Origin: Chrysomallon squamiferum
Taxonomy: Eukaryota > Animalia > Mollusca
DNA length: 64,000 nucleotides
Reading direction: 5' to 3'
Assembly (NCBI GenBank): GCA_012295275.1
Contig: CM022665.1
Span: 9,610,001-9,674,000, forward strand
Shown here: positions 1-12,140 of the stretch, in pieces
Position numbering within the stretch: the stretch's first letter is position 1
Layout: every line of letters starts with the position of its first letter
Made by a program: the position numbers and the translations under genes
Notes under the pieces: generated by a model
What the model was told of the DNA's origin: nothing
The model's database searches: none
Seen by the model: the letters and a program-made list of their open reading frames with translations, nothing else

Positions 1-186
1 ATTAGGTAATAATATTATGGTATATATTTCATAATTAATGCTTCCACCAATTAATAACACATGACATATCATTTATAGGTAGTTTTATAATCAGGAAAGC
101 AAGCATCTTAGGATATATTAAATTATGATGTAAATATTTGAATTTAGCCTATATGTAATTATAATTTGATTAAAATTTATCTTCAG

Positions 187-261
187 GTGCTAAACAACAT
201 TCATACAGTGAAGGTATCTGACAGGAATCAGGATGAGAGAACCTGGAACTTTTCTACCAGA
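187..261 (+). CDS. Penultimate coding exon of upstream gene A (VLNNIHTVKVSDRNQDERTWNFSTR), product unidentified
   Basis: Acceptor ttttatcttcag|GTG at 186/187 and donor AGA|gtaagt at 261/262. 75 nt, only one open frame (phase 0-0), GC above the flanks. Confidence 0.8.
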
Positions 262-653
262 GTAAGTAAACAGTTTACATCTGAATAATTTCTCCACCTG
301 CTTCTTACGTGTGATAAAATATGTAAGTTGTAATCAGAAATGTAGCTGTGTTATGTTTTACTGAATACTATTGGTCATTACAAACAGTCCATGCAACAGC
401 ATGGTAATCAGCATCCATAGAGATTGTTCTAGAATTTTTAATTATTCATGTAGTTTGTTTTCCAGTGGCCTTGAAGTATTTTTTATTATTATTTTTTTTG
501 ACATATATTTATTATTATTATTATAGAAAATATTTTCATCAGAACCATATATTTTACAGTAATAATCACCGATTCACTGGTAGTTAATAAGTTAGTAATA
601 TAGTAAGAACATTTGTTGAGTGAATTTTACTCTTTATTTATTTACATTTGCAG

Positions 654-674
654 ATAGCCTGTGCAGAAAGCTGA
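654..674 (+). CDS. Terminal coding exon of gene A (IACAES-stop)
   Basis: Acceptor tttacatttgcag|ATA at 653/654, in phase with exon 187-261. Tandem stops TGA TGA at 672-677; AATAAA downstream at 859 and 946. Confidence 0.7.
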   Translation: MACAES

Positions 675-858
675 TGAACAGTGCAAGTTGATAAAAAAAA
701 AACTATCTCAAATATCATCACACAGAGTCACTGACCTTCATAGCATAGATTTGTTCTTCATTCTAGAAGACAATTTAATTTATTTGTACTTTAGCTTAAA
801 CATAACATATTTTACATATCTTTATTGTTATAATCAGTTTTAAGCTTTAAAGTTTTAT

Positions 859-951
859 AATAAAAAGTAACCATTTTATTTTGGTTATCCATAAATACAC
901 TGTATTGTACACATACATATATATTATGTCCGTCGTTTGTTCAAGAATAAA
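859..951 (+). terminator. Candidate polyadenylation signals of gene A (AATAAA at 859-864 and 946-951)
   Basis: Canonical hexamers 185-270 nt after the stop; CpG-containing sequence begins at about this point. AATAAA is common in AT-rich DNA, so this is weak evidence alone. Confidence 0.4.
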
Positions 952-2054
952 TATATTTCATGCAAATACTGGAAATCTTACTATCTTGTTAAAAACGTTT
1001 TACTGTTGCTATGTAATATAACATATACGTACATGTATACCAATATATATTTAGATGTGATACATTACAGTTATTTTATTTAAAGTGAAATATTTACATT
1101 TTATTCTAAAATGGTTTATAATTATGTAAAATTATTAATGTATATATATAGCTTATTAAGAACCAGTAATTTCAGTCTTTCGGGAATTCTGGATTATCTT
1201 CAATTTCGAATCAACTGAACCGTGTCTTACCATTAGTGAAAATAAGACGCAAAGTTCTGCTTTAACAAATATGTAAGCATACCATAATAATAAAAACTCT
1301 TCCGTTTTGGAGTGACCACGAACATGTACACATGCACGCACACATACACACACGTTTATAATCACATCGCATCACGATACACGAGAAAATTATTTTAATT
1401 TTAATGACTGTTAAACAAACAAAAAACCATTCACACATTATGATGGTCGTTAAAGCGGACGAAGCACACGATAAACGTAGTTAACAGTCATTTAAGTATT
1501 AAAAAGAAGGGTTAATATTTTCAGTATAAAAAGGAAAGTCAGATTAAAAGAAAATAAAGACTGAGATAAATACAAAAACAAAAAAACAAAAAAAACAAAA
1601 CAAAAACAGAACAAGAATACTATAAAAAATTAAATTAGTTTATATTTGATGAACAAAACAGTGGAAAAATGACAAAGACATGAACGTTAAGAAAAAAAGC
1701 AAGAAAAAATGAAAAAGAAAAAACATTTTAACTAAACAGACTAGAATGTTTATTAAACGTTTATTAGTATGTAAACATATCCGTGTAACAAAGCTTTCAG
1801 TTTGTACAGACGGGAGCGTTCGTGCAGTACCCGTTTTATTGTACCATTATAAATTAATAATATTTTCCAGTATTTCATGTTATACTACAAAACATGTCCG
1901 TCTTAATCGATTAATAATTTATCATATGCTGGCAAAAGACTCCATGTTATCACGACAGCCCACTAATAGCCAGGTTTAAGGCGTTTAATACCGACATTAT
2001 GTTGTATACGGAAATGAAAATTGATCAAAAGAGACCGCAGGTGCTTGCTAAATG

Positions 2055-2081
2055 TACTGTTGCCATGTAATACCACGTGAC
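2055..2081 (+). promoter_or_regulatory. RFX X-box-like motif (GTTGCCATGTAATAC, 2059-2073) abutting an E-box (CACGTGAC, 2074-2081)
   Basis: One perfect RFX half-site GTTGCC+ATG with a degenerate second half; CACGTG palindrome. About 200 nt upstream of the first splice donor. Confidence 0.5.
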
Positions 2082-2099
2082 ACGCGCTTGACAGGGTAA

Positions 2100-2258
2100 T
2101 GCAATGGGTTAGCGGATGACTGTACGTCGGTGAATATCTTATGTTTTTGCATGTTTAAAAGTGGAAAGTCAACAAATGTTGCGATGACAGAACCGTTGGT
2201 TGAAGTTAACATATTATTACGGATTTTTCTAGCTCGTCGTATGCTAGCGACAAACTTG
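2100..2258 (+). other. Probable first (5'UTR) exon of gene B; 5' end approximate
   Basis: Donor TTG|gttagt at 2258/2259 at the 3' edge of the CpG-rich region; next strong acceptor at 4066/4067. Contains several upstream ATGs. Confidence 0.55.
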
Positions 2259-3486
2259 GTTAGTGACTGTTATTAATAACGGAATTTAGTGTTATGTTTC
2301 ATACTTGACACGCTTATACCCAGGCTGTGTAGATTTTGTACATTTTTGTTATTTGTACTGTCTATAAAATAACGTGTAAAAAAAGTAATAAAACAATGCA
2401 CATGTTTAAAATAAGATGAAATGGAAAGAATGCTTCTGATTTATTTTATATGTGATAAATATCATTAATTCAAAGGTGAGCTGGTCAATAATTTTTACTT
2501 TCGTTGTGTTAGTCTTTCTTCTGTCTTGTTCTTTTCTTTTGATTCTTCATGTTAACACTCTTGTTTACCTCTTTGCAACGGATTGTCAAACAATTGGCAT
2601 ACCTCCAAACACAAGATCAAGCTTGCTTGTATGTAGTCTTATTAAATGTTATTGTATGGTTAGGTACTTATACAGAAAGAAATATCTTTCTAAGACATCT
2701 TAACTTGAGTTGAATTGTGGTATAGTAATTTAATACAGAAATAAAAGTTGTACACACTCAGATTTAATACCTGTGTATATTTATAACACGATTATTTTCT
2801 TTGGTGCCATAACTATGCCTAAAATGATAATATCCTATATAAAGTAATAATAATAAGAAGAAGAAGAAGAAGAAATAGCCTGTAACATTTATTTTAACAG
2901 TAATTGTTAAAAATAAGAGTTTTAAAATGCATAATTGTATAATAAATACTTATTACCTTTTGGATTGTGAAAAAAATTAAATATTTTTTATTTTTTATTA
3001 CTTGCATACATTTGAAAACAAAAATTTGAATATTCATGAGTTTATTCATTGTTAGTTTCTAATTAAAATGACATAATCTAAAGTCTTATAAAAAAAAGAT
3101 TTATATTTATTTATCATTTGTCTGAGATTTAGTCATTGTTAACAGTTGCTGATTATGACTTCTACAAAGTCCCTTTACTTTAGGCACTGACAAACCCTAC
3201 CTGTTTATTTATATAGATATTAAAAGATTTGTCAGTTATATAAAATGATTATACTTGGTACTTACAGTGTTTTTCTGCTTATCTAGCAAATTAGAAAAAT
3301 GCTGTCTGAACAGCTTTTATGTTTATTTCAAAATTTCTTTATTTTTATGGATTAAATGTTCTAACTGTTTTTGCATTTTATGTAAGTTTCTCAGGAAGAG
3401 TAGATCATCTGAGGCTATCATTTTCATCTGTACATAATGATTTAAAATTAATGGTTGTAGTGAAAAGAATAACATAATTTGTTTTT

Positions 3487-3962
3487 CAAATTGTTACTTA
3501 GAAGTGAGACAACACATTTTGAAACTTATTCAAAAGTAAATGATATATCTTTGTATACTGTTATTCAGAAATGAGGAAAAATATTATGAAATGTTTTCTC
3601 ACATCAGAGAAATAAAAGAACACATTTTGAAATAAAAGAACACATTTTGAAATTGTCACTTAGAAGTGAAGGAATCCATTTTAAAATTGTTACTTTCAAG
3701 TCAAGGACCATATTTTGATATTGTTATTTAAAACTAAAGGAAAAGATTTTGAAATTGTTATTTAAAAGTGAAGGAATGCATTCTGAAATTGTTATTTAAA
3801 AGTGAAGAAATGCATTCTGAAATTATTATTTAAAAGTAAAGGAATAGATTTTGAAATTATTATTTAAAAGTGAAGGAATGCATTCTAAAAGTATTTTTTA
3901 GAAGTAAAGAAATGCATTCTGAAATTGTTATTTAGAAGTAAAGAAATGCACTTTCAGATTGT
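3487..3962. repeat. 34-bp minisatellite (GAAATTGTTATTTAAAAGTGAAGGAATGCATTCT), about 9 clear units plus decayed ones
   Basis: Units visible at 3751, 3785, 3819 and onward, with degenerate copies upstream. Confidence 0.85.
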
Positions 3963-4097
3963 TTTTCCTATTAAAAAGGTAAAGGAAAACCATTCATACC
4001 ATATATCACACTCTGTTTTAAATATATCTGAATATATATATATATAATTTTTACTTTTTTTTCCAGCATGTCTGACAAACTGTACACAGACTAGACA

Positions 4098-4226
4098 ATG
4101 TATTCACCGGTACATCCAGGACCAAGGGGAGGGTGCCTGCCCATGACCCACAACATGCCTTTCATCACTGCCAGCATGCCCACTCGGAACAGAGTGAAAA
4201 ACATGACTGGTATTTATTTGGGTTTG
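4098..4226 (+). CDS. Gene B coding exon 1 (exon 4067-4226, start ATG 4098): MYSPVHPGPRGGCLPMTHNMPFITASMPTRNRVKNMTGIYLGL
   Basis: Acceptor tttttttttccag| at 4066 and donor TTG|gtaagt at 4226. In-frame TAG at 4092 precedes the ATG; 43 codons, ends phase 0; GC-rich relative to the intron. Confidence 0.8.
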
Positions 4227-4822
4227 GTAAGTTTTAATGGCTGGTTTATGAATAAATTTAAATAATATAAAACAAATATTAATAAAAATGATATAAAAGG
4301 TATTTTTAGGTTTTTTTTTAAAATTGTCTCAGTAATATTACTAAAGTATCAATACTATTTTACTAATTATTTTTATGAGGGTTTTATTTTTGTTGTTGTT
4401 GATTTTTTTTGGCATTTTTCTTCTGTAATCAAAGTTATACAGATGAATTTGGACAATAAATACTTCTATATAATAATATGTATGTTACTCTTCTGTTAAT
4501 CAGTGCTACGTATTTTGCTGTCTTTGGGAAGGCTGATATAATTCATTAGATTGTTTAGAATGGAGACAGAAGGTTTTCTTTCTCTAACTGTAATTTTCAC
4601 ACACAAGAAACAAATAATTAATATTAATTTCCTTTAGTGTGCTCAGTTATCATTAAGCCATTATTAATTCATTAAATAAATCTGTTGTAATTAATGCATT
4701 TGTTAACGTGTGTAATATTGTATAATTACATTTTAAACAATACTGCATAATTTCCATGCCTTTTTGTCATAGCTGATTCCATTACTGAAACACTCATTAA
4801 CATCGTAATCTCATTTCCATTT

Positions 4823-4836
4823 GTTACTAAGGAGAC
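4823..4836. promoter_or_regulatory. X-box-like motif GTTACTAAGGAGAC in an intron
   Basis: 14-bp resemblance to the RFX consensus GTYNCY-AT-RGNAAC; motif only. Confidence 0.3.
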
Positions 4837-5060
4837 AATCATATCTAAAGTATAGAAGAATGTGATTAATCAAAATCAATCTGTTTTGTTTTCATTTGTA
4901 TTAATGAGATAGTGTTTACAAATACATACAACAGCAATGATAAACAACCTGGATAAACTGACTTAATGTATAACTGCGGTTGTACAAGCATACTAGAATA
5001 TTCTACTAGCTTGGAACAAAAATGCATTGCCATTTTTAAACAAAATTAAAAATAAAAAGG

Positions 5061-5202
5061 ATATTTGTACAAAGATTTATTCAACCTCATACATGTCATT
5101 TTGTCCACTTTCAGAATAGGTAAATATGTCACATATTTCAGTTACTTGTGAAACGAAATCACATGCTCAAACACAGCCTATTGAAAAATGATACAAACTT
5201 TC
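5061..5202 (+). repeat. Dispersed repeat fragment, copy 1 (other copy at 27769-27911)
   Basis: Colinear similarity: tacaaagatttattcaacc ... atgtca.atatttcag ... gaaatca..tgctcaaa ... cctattgaaaaatg ... aactttc. Confidence 0.75.
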
Positions 5203-5969
5203 GTAGTAATTGTTTTATTTATTAATGAACATTTGCTAACAATAAATTATCAAAACCTCAGAGACCTCTATATAAGGTTCCATTTTTTCAAAACAGTATT
5301 TTGTTTTCATGAAATGTTTTTTTTTGTATATATATATTTTTTTAATAAATTCCTGATGAACTGAAGCTAATGTTATTTTCCAATGATTTTATTATACTAC
5401 GATTATTTTTTACATTTATTTATATGAAATGATTATTGTACAAGCATCACCTCAGTCATATTATTACTGCATTGTCATACTTTATTATTTGCAAACACTG
5501 ACATCTTGTACATTATAAAGTAATCACATGGAAGTAAAAAAGTATATATTATATGTGCACTTTTAAAATAGATTTCTCTTTAGTTTTATATTTAATTTTT
5601 AGATTTACATGGAAGCATCAGTAAAGTTTTTATTATTATTATTTGAATGATATATATATTTATATATTTGTTAGGGTTGGAGATGTTCATGAAATGGGGT
5701 ACTACAATATTAAAACCCCCCAGAAATAACTTTTATTTTTTGTCAACCATTTGTCATTAAAAAAGTCACCAATAAAGTAAAATAAATAAATAAACAAGTA
5801 CTAGTTTTTTTAAGGTAACAGAAGGGGATTATTTCCATTAAGTTTCAATTCTATAACATAAAAAATAACAATTTTTTATTTATTTCTGCTACACATCTCC
5901 CCTTAAATTTAAAAAATGTAAGAATCTGTATTCTGAGTACATCTTACTGATTGTTATGTGTTACTACAG

Positions 5970-6071
5970 GAAGGAAACATCCAGCCCCCACACCAGAGGG
6001 TGGTGCCTCCTTTAGCACGTGCTAGAGGTATGTCATCTCGCATGCGCACACCAGCAGAAGACAGAAGATAT
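5970..6071 (+). CDS. Gene B coding exon 2: EGNIQPPHQRVVPPLARARGMSSRMRTPAEDRRY
   Basis: Acceptor ttactacag|GAA and donor TAT|gtaagt; 102 nt, phase 0-0; lies inside ORF 5958-6251. Confidence 0.85.
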
Positions 6072-7578
6072 GTAAGTAGAAATCATTTTATTTTAATATT
6101 TTATTCTCCGAGAGTGTCTGTGTGTTCTTATATACATACATATTCTTTTCCTTTCTTCATTATTAAAAAAAACAAAAGAAAAAAAATAAAGATTTTGATA
6201 AATGAATATGCACCTGTGAATGCTGGAAACCTGTATACATGTATGTATTGATTATGAAGAAAGGAAAGATTTAGAAATAACAATATTAAATCTGTTATTT
6301 TATTAGTTTGTTTAAAATGTAGTATTTTTGTTAGAGTGTGCATAAAAATTAGTAACTACTAGCATTTGTTTAATTTTGTTTTATTTAGTACTTTAATTTG
6401 TCTTCGCTATATATAAACAACACATTTGCTGCTATATAAATAAATTAAAATAATAGAATAAATTTAACAAATAATAAAAAATAACATTTAAAAAAATATT
6501 AGAAGTTTAAAAATGAAATGAAAATTAAATTAGAAGCAGCTCTTATTTACAGTATACTTAAACTTTTTTTATGAATAACACAAACATAGATAATTAATAT
6601 ACAGATAATAATAATCTTAATGTTTATGATAATAATGATAATGATAATGTTAATAATGATAGTAATAATAATATAAAAAAATTCTAAAGGTAATATAGAT
6701 ATTGTCTACTGTAGATTTTAATTTTAATTAATTATTCATAATTTTATGAAATCATTTATTTTAATTTGATCTGTATTAAATAATTTCCAGTTAATTACAA
6801 AAATCTTTAGAAACCAAATATGGTCTCTATAATTAAAATGTATCTTTGATAACATAAATAAATAGATTATTTACATTTTGTAAAAACAAAACAAAACAAA
6901 AACCACAACTCCCCAAAGAACACCCTGCAAAAAAAAAAAAAAAAAAACTCCCCAAAACAACAAAAAAAAAAAATAACCAAACAAAGTAAAAACAAAAACA
7001 AAAGTGGAAAGAAACCAAAAATATAACAAATCTTGATAACTGTATTATTTTATTTGTTATTAGATAGAAATCTTTTCTAATAATTAATTAGTAAGTTAAA
7101 TATATTACATATTTGTTTTTGATTTTTTGTCCGTAGTTATAGATTAATAACCATTGTGTGTGTTAATTTTAATATTATTATTATTTTTTCTTTCTTTTCC
7201 TTTCATACTAACTTCATACAGGATAAAAATAAGGGCCAGGTACTTAAAATTGATCAATTATTTATTGCTTCATAGTCAATGTGATTTGAAATCAAAGCAA
7301 GAATAACATTTTGCTGAAATTGTTTTGCTTTCAAAATAAGTTTGGACATTCATGAAACTCGCATATGAAGCTTCATATATAATGTCTGAATAAAGATTGT
7401 TTTAAATAAATAAATAAATAAATAATGTATATATTTTTAATTAATGAAATGATTAAAGAAATGTTTTGGTAAATGGTGTAATTTGCTTTCATTAATATAA
7501 TAAAATAATATTATTTTTATATAATTATTTTATTATGAATTATTATTATTATTATTACAAATTATTATTTTTGTAGCA

Positions 7579-7620
<42 letters not shown>

Positions 7621-8159
7621 CTGTGGTTATAATCATCATCATTTCACATTATTAATCATGCAAAAACTGACTTGTTGCTAGCTCTGCTTTTTAGTAAATT
7701 AGTTCTAATTAGAGCAGCTGATATAATAATTTTTTTTTAGTTGAAATGCAGCATAAATATTAGGTTATTAAATTGCAGTTATTTAATGCTACTTTTATTT
7801 TAACATAACCTGATCTCATTGTTTAAGTTTTCTTGTTGTTGTTTTTGTCAGTATCTAATAACTAGCTTAATATTTAATAATTTTAAGTTAACTTTTAAAT
7901 TTTAGCTTATTTATTTATTTATTTATTTATATTGTAAATTTTATTGTTTTGAAGAAAGAAACATTTAATTTTGGGGCTGTATTACATAATAATAATAATG
8001 ACAATATATTTTCTACAAACAACTGAATTTTGTTTACAAACAATTAGATACACTGACATTGTGACAAAAGGGATGACTGGATATATTAATGATTTCAGGA
8101 TTAAGGAAGTTGTATATATTTTTTTGAAATTAATCCGCTACCATTTTTAAAAAGAAGGT

Positions 8160-8325
8160 TAGGATCTCTGTCTACATTTAATCAGTTAGAACTGTGAGTA
8201 ATGACAGTATCTGTGCTCTTTTGAAAACCATCCATGCCTTTAATAAATTAGTCATGGGACACTAGCTGGATTCAGATATGTGCATAAGTGCCCACCAAAA
8301 TGAACTGATCCTATGACCCACCCTT
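8160..8325. mobile_element. Decayed SINE-like interspersed repeat fragment
   Basis: Shares agtcatggg..a.(t)agctgga with 44015-44036, and ccatg(g)cctttaat with the reverse complement of 21615-21630. Confidence 0.45.
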
Positions 8326-8334
8326 AATACATGA

Positions 8335-8700
8335 ATAATAAATCATATAATAAATAGAGTAAGTGAATGAATATATGAATAAAATGACGAGAGAATGAAT
8401 AAATGGACAAATGGATCAATAAAATAACGAAAGAAAAAATGGATAAGTGAATAAAATATTGAAAAAATTAATAAATGGATGAATTAAATCATGAAGGAAT
8501 AAATGGATGAATAAAATAATAAAGGAATAAATAAATGGATGAATAAAATAATGAAGGAATGAATAAATGGATGAATGGATGAATAAATAATGAAAGAATG
8601 ACTAAATGGATAAGTGAATAAAATAATGAAAGAATGAATAAATGGATGATGAATGAATAAAATAATGAAAGAAAGAATGAATAATATACTGTAATGAATG
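8335..8700. repeat. Degenerate purine-rich minisatellite (GAATAAATGGATGAATAAAATAATGAA-like units)
   Basis: Repeated aaatggat / gaataaaataatgaa blocks. Confidence 0.8.
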
Positions 8701-9071
8701 ATTAATGTTTAATGATATCTCACTATTTGGCTAATAATATTATAAAGAAAACATTTTTTGGTCATGTTTTGGTTGTTAGTCAAAACTTAAACTTACTAAT
8801 TTACTATGTAATATGAAAAAATGACAAGTTTGTGTGAACACTAGGTTGTAAGATTTTAGCAACTTAATTAAAGCTGAAATCTGATCTGTAAAAACTTAAT
8901 TAGAAGTGCCAACTAACTTGAATGTTAACATTTATTTATACACCAATATTAATTACTAATATATATATATGTTCTTGTGTATCATTTCTTTTCAATTAAT
9001 TATAAGAATTATTTTAAATTTTACCAACAGTGTTTTTTATGATAATATTTTTCCTTCTTCTTCTTCTTCAG

Positions 9072-9134
9072 AAAATGGTAGAATTATTAAGAATAAAAGA
9101 AGAAAGTAAAGGTTTTTCTGGACAATCAGTCAAA
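9072..9134 (+). CDS. Gene B coding exon 3: KMVELLRIKEESKGFSGQSVK
   Basis: Long pyrimidine tract ttccttcttcttcttcttcag|AAA and donor AAA|gtaagt; 63 nt, phase 0-0, open. Confidence 0.8.
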
Positions 9135-9900
9135 GTAAGTGTTTCTATAGTCAGTCTTATTACTGTAGTTAAAAAGATCAAATAAAGTTAGAATAATAAG
9201 AATTTATTATCCACATAAGTGTAAAGACAATAACAATAACATTTTTTTCTTTAGAGAAACAGTTTAATTTTTTTTTCATTTATAACAATTCTACGTATCT
9301 TCATTTCATCACCTTTTGTCTTTGTATGAATTTTATTGTAAATAATAAATAGGCAATAAAGAAGACAAATGTGTACACTGAATTGTTAGTTAAATAAAAA
9401 ATAATGGTCAAGTCTATTAATGAAAGATTATATATATTATTTCTATATTTTATATATATATATTACTGTGTTTATTATTGTTATTTTTTATTTGTTTTTA
9501 CTGGGGTTTTTTTTTTTTAATTTTTACCTTTATACCAAACAACTTACACATATAGAAATTCCAGCAAATATATATATTTATATACTTATTATATGTGTGT
9601 GTGTGTATGTGTGCGTGTGTGTGAATGTGAGTGTGTGTCTGTTTTTATATGTTTATATATGTTTGTAAGTGTGTATGTATGTGTGAAATCAAACGTATTT
9701 TTCACCAATAGTTATGACCCATGCTTCATCTTTATTTAACAACATTATTATAGAGATCAATCATAATAATTCCAATCCATAAGAAGATGGTATTCTTATG
9801 GTGCATAATATTTGAAGTCACCTGCAACATTCAGTAATAAGCTGAAGTCAGTTGCAAACTTTTCAATAAACAACAATTTTAAACTAATTTGTTTCTTCAG

Positions 9901-9998
9901 AAAAGACCTTCCACTAGTTACAGACCTGAAACTGCAGGAAGAAAAAAATGGGGACCAGCTAAAAGAATTGATTCTTCAAATATTGATGAGATGATCAA
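9901..9998 (+). CDS. Gene B coding exon 4: KRPSTSYRPETAGRKKWGPAKRIDSSNIDEMI(K)
   Basis: Acceptor gtttcttcag|AAA and donor CAA|gtaggt; 98 nt, phase 0-2, matching the phase of the next exon. Confidence 0.8.
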
Positions 9999-10026
9999 GT
10001 AGGTTTATAAAATATATTAATGGCAA

Positions 10027-10058
<32 letters not shown>

Positions 10059-10208
10059 AATAGCAACAACAACAACAACAGTAATAAAAATAATAACAAA
10101 ATTAAAAATAAAAATTATATTTGACGTTTGTTGTCTGAAATATTTCAAAATCAAAATATATTAAATTATCATTAGCCACTCTCTGATTGTTTATCTCTTG
10201 TCTTCCAG

Positions 10209-10416
10209 GACAAATCCTAGAAAGTACACACCTATTGCCAACAGTGGAGTGACCCGGTCAGAAAACTTGACCGGATGGATGAGTTTTTATCCTGATGCAC
10301 ATGTGGTAATGAGAGAAGTACCATCCAGCAAATCAGAGACTGGGGTTCAAGACTCGTTAGATAATTTTGCACAGGAACTCTCTGGCATTGAGCAGTGTTT
10401 CAAGAAGATATGCAAG
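10209..10416 (+). CDS. Gene B coding exon 5: TNPRKYTPIANSGVTRSENLTGWMSFYPDAHVVMREVPSSKSETGVQDSLDNFAQELSGIEQCFKKICK; ends at a GC donor, or reads on to the stop at 10458
   Basis: Acceptor ctcttgtcttccag|G, phase 2 entry fits exon 4; ORF 10198-10458. AAG|gcaagt at 10416/10417 matches the GC-AG donor consensus and gives phase 0. Confidence 0.8.
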
Positions 10417-11902
10417 GCAAGTAAATCAATGAAACAGATAATCAAACACCTTGTGTGATGACATTGTTTGGACTGTTAACAATTGAATGTAAAATATATT
10501 TTGAATGTAGCAGCTGTCCATATTTCCAAACATATCAGTCCAGAAATTTAAAACAAAGTAATATCAGTCTGATGAGTATTTTATTTTCATTTATTTATTT
10601 ATTACTTTTATTAATCTTTTGAAATCAATTTCACGTGCACTTCAATATCAGAAGACAGATTTGCTTATTGGAATTAGCCCAGATTTGAACAGATGTACTA
10701 TATTAACTGAGTCTGTGGAAAATCACTATAAAAGCTGAGTCTATTTGATAGTAAAGCAAAATATGTTAACATTTTCAATAGTATCCAGTTTCATTTTGTT
10801 AAAAGAAACTTGGAATATGTTTTGTAAATTTATTAAACAAATCAAAACAATAATGATGTATGTGAGAAGTGAACATTAGTTTTTAAATAAATGGGGTGGT
10901 GACTGAAAGTAAAAATGTCACAAATGATTCATAAAAAAAAGAAAAAGAAAATTCAAACTGAAATTTTGAAGTAAAAAAGAAAAGAAAAGAAAAATTTGAT
11001 ATACTACTGAGGAAAGATTTATACTATTTTAATGAAAAATAATTGTATTAAGTAAACAAAATTTCAGTAAATCTGAGTGAATAGAAAGCATGAAAGTATT
11101 GTCATGAATGTGGTTTTATTATTAATAGTGTCAAAATATATCAAACACATATCTACTATGTTCTCATTTCTCAGTTTATCACTTGTAATTGTGACTAATG
11201 ATTACTGACAAATGTACAGGTAAACTGTCTGCATTTTCATTACACTCATTTGTTTTATAATCATATACATCAATATTTCTGACAAAATGAAAAGTAATTA
11301 GCAAGGAAAGAAAAAAAAATAATAGCTTCTGGTTCCTCTAATTTAGAACATTGTTACAGTAATAACAAAGAACAGCAAACTAATTATTGATACATTTTTA
11401 TGTCTTACTTTGTATTCCTCTTGATGAATTATCATATTGATCTCCTCATTATCACTAACTAAAATATAGGTTAATACATACAGAACAATTTTTGAAAACA
11501 TCTCACTAATCTAGCACTATCAATTTGACAATGAAAGAAACATCTGTAATGTATAGTACTAAGCCACTAATGGCTATTATAACCTGGCTTAGCACACACT
11601 TACATCTTCTATAAGTAGTACACAATTTGGTCATTATAAACAAGGTACTTGTTGTAACTACCACTTGTCATGAAAGGACAGCATTGTTTAATTACACTTG
11701 TAAATACTTCAAACCATTAATTCAAGTTTTAAGTCAAAGAAAATTGATACTAAACATCTGAAATTATTTACAGTATTAATGTCCAGTATTTACTGAGTTC
11801 TGAATATGAATTTGAAATTGTATCTTTTATATGCACCTTCCCAAAGAAAGCTCTTTGATAAACCAGTTTTTTGGATACTGTCTTGAGTGTGAAATTACCA
11901 CC

Positions 11903-11903
<1 letters not shown>

Positions 11904-11949
<46 letters not shown>

Positions 11950-12140
11950 ATACACTAAGAATGCATTTAAACATACAACCACAAATACATACACAGCACA
12001 GATACATACACACACAAACACAAACATGCACATACACACAAACATACATACAAATAAATGTACACAGATACATATAATATACTAATACACACCTCCACAC
12101 ACTCACACCAGAACACATTCTACAACACACATTCACACAC
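11904..12140. repeat. (CA)n microsatellite with degenerate extension
   Basis: Direct observation; explains the THTH/CVCV ORFs. Confidence 0.95.

Larger units (their letters stand above)
930..2400. promoter_or_regulatory. CpG-retaining intergenic/promoter region of gene B
   Basis: Dozens of CG dinucleotides against near absence in most of the window. Lies between the end of gene A and the first donor of gene B. Confidence 0.75.

Noticed and set aside
2151-2276. ATG 2151 ORF as the true N-terminus of gene B
   Set aside because: Spliced to 4067 it terminates two codons later; treated as a uORF.
10455-10572. Possible C/D snoRNA (GTGATGA ... CTGA)
   Set aside because: No terminal stem or recognisable guide; the apparent C box is simply the tandem stop codons.
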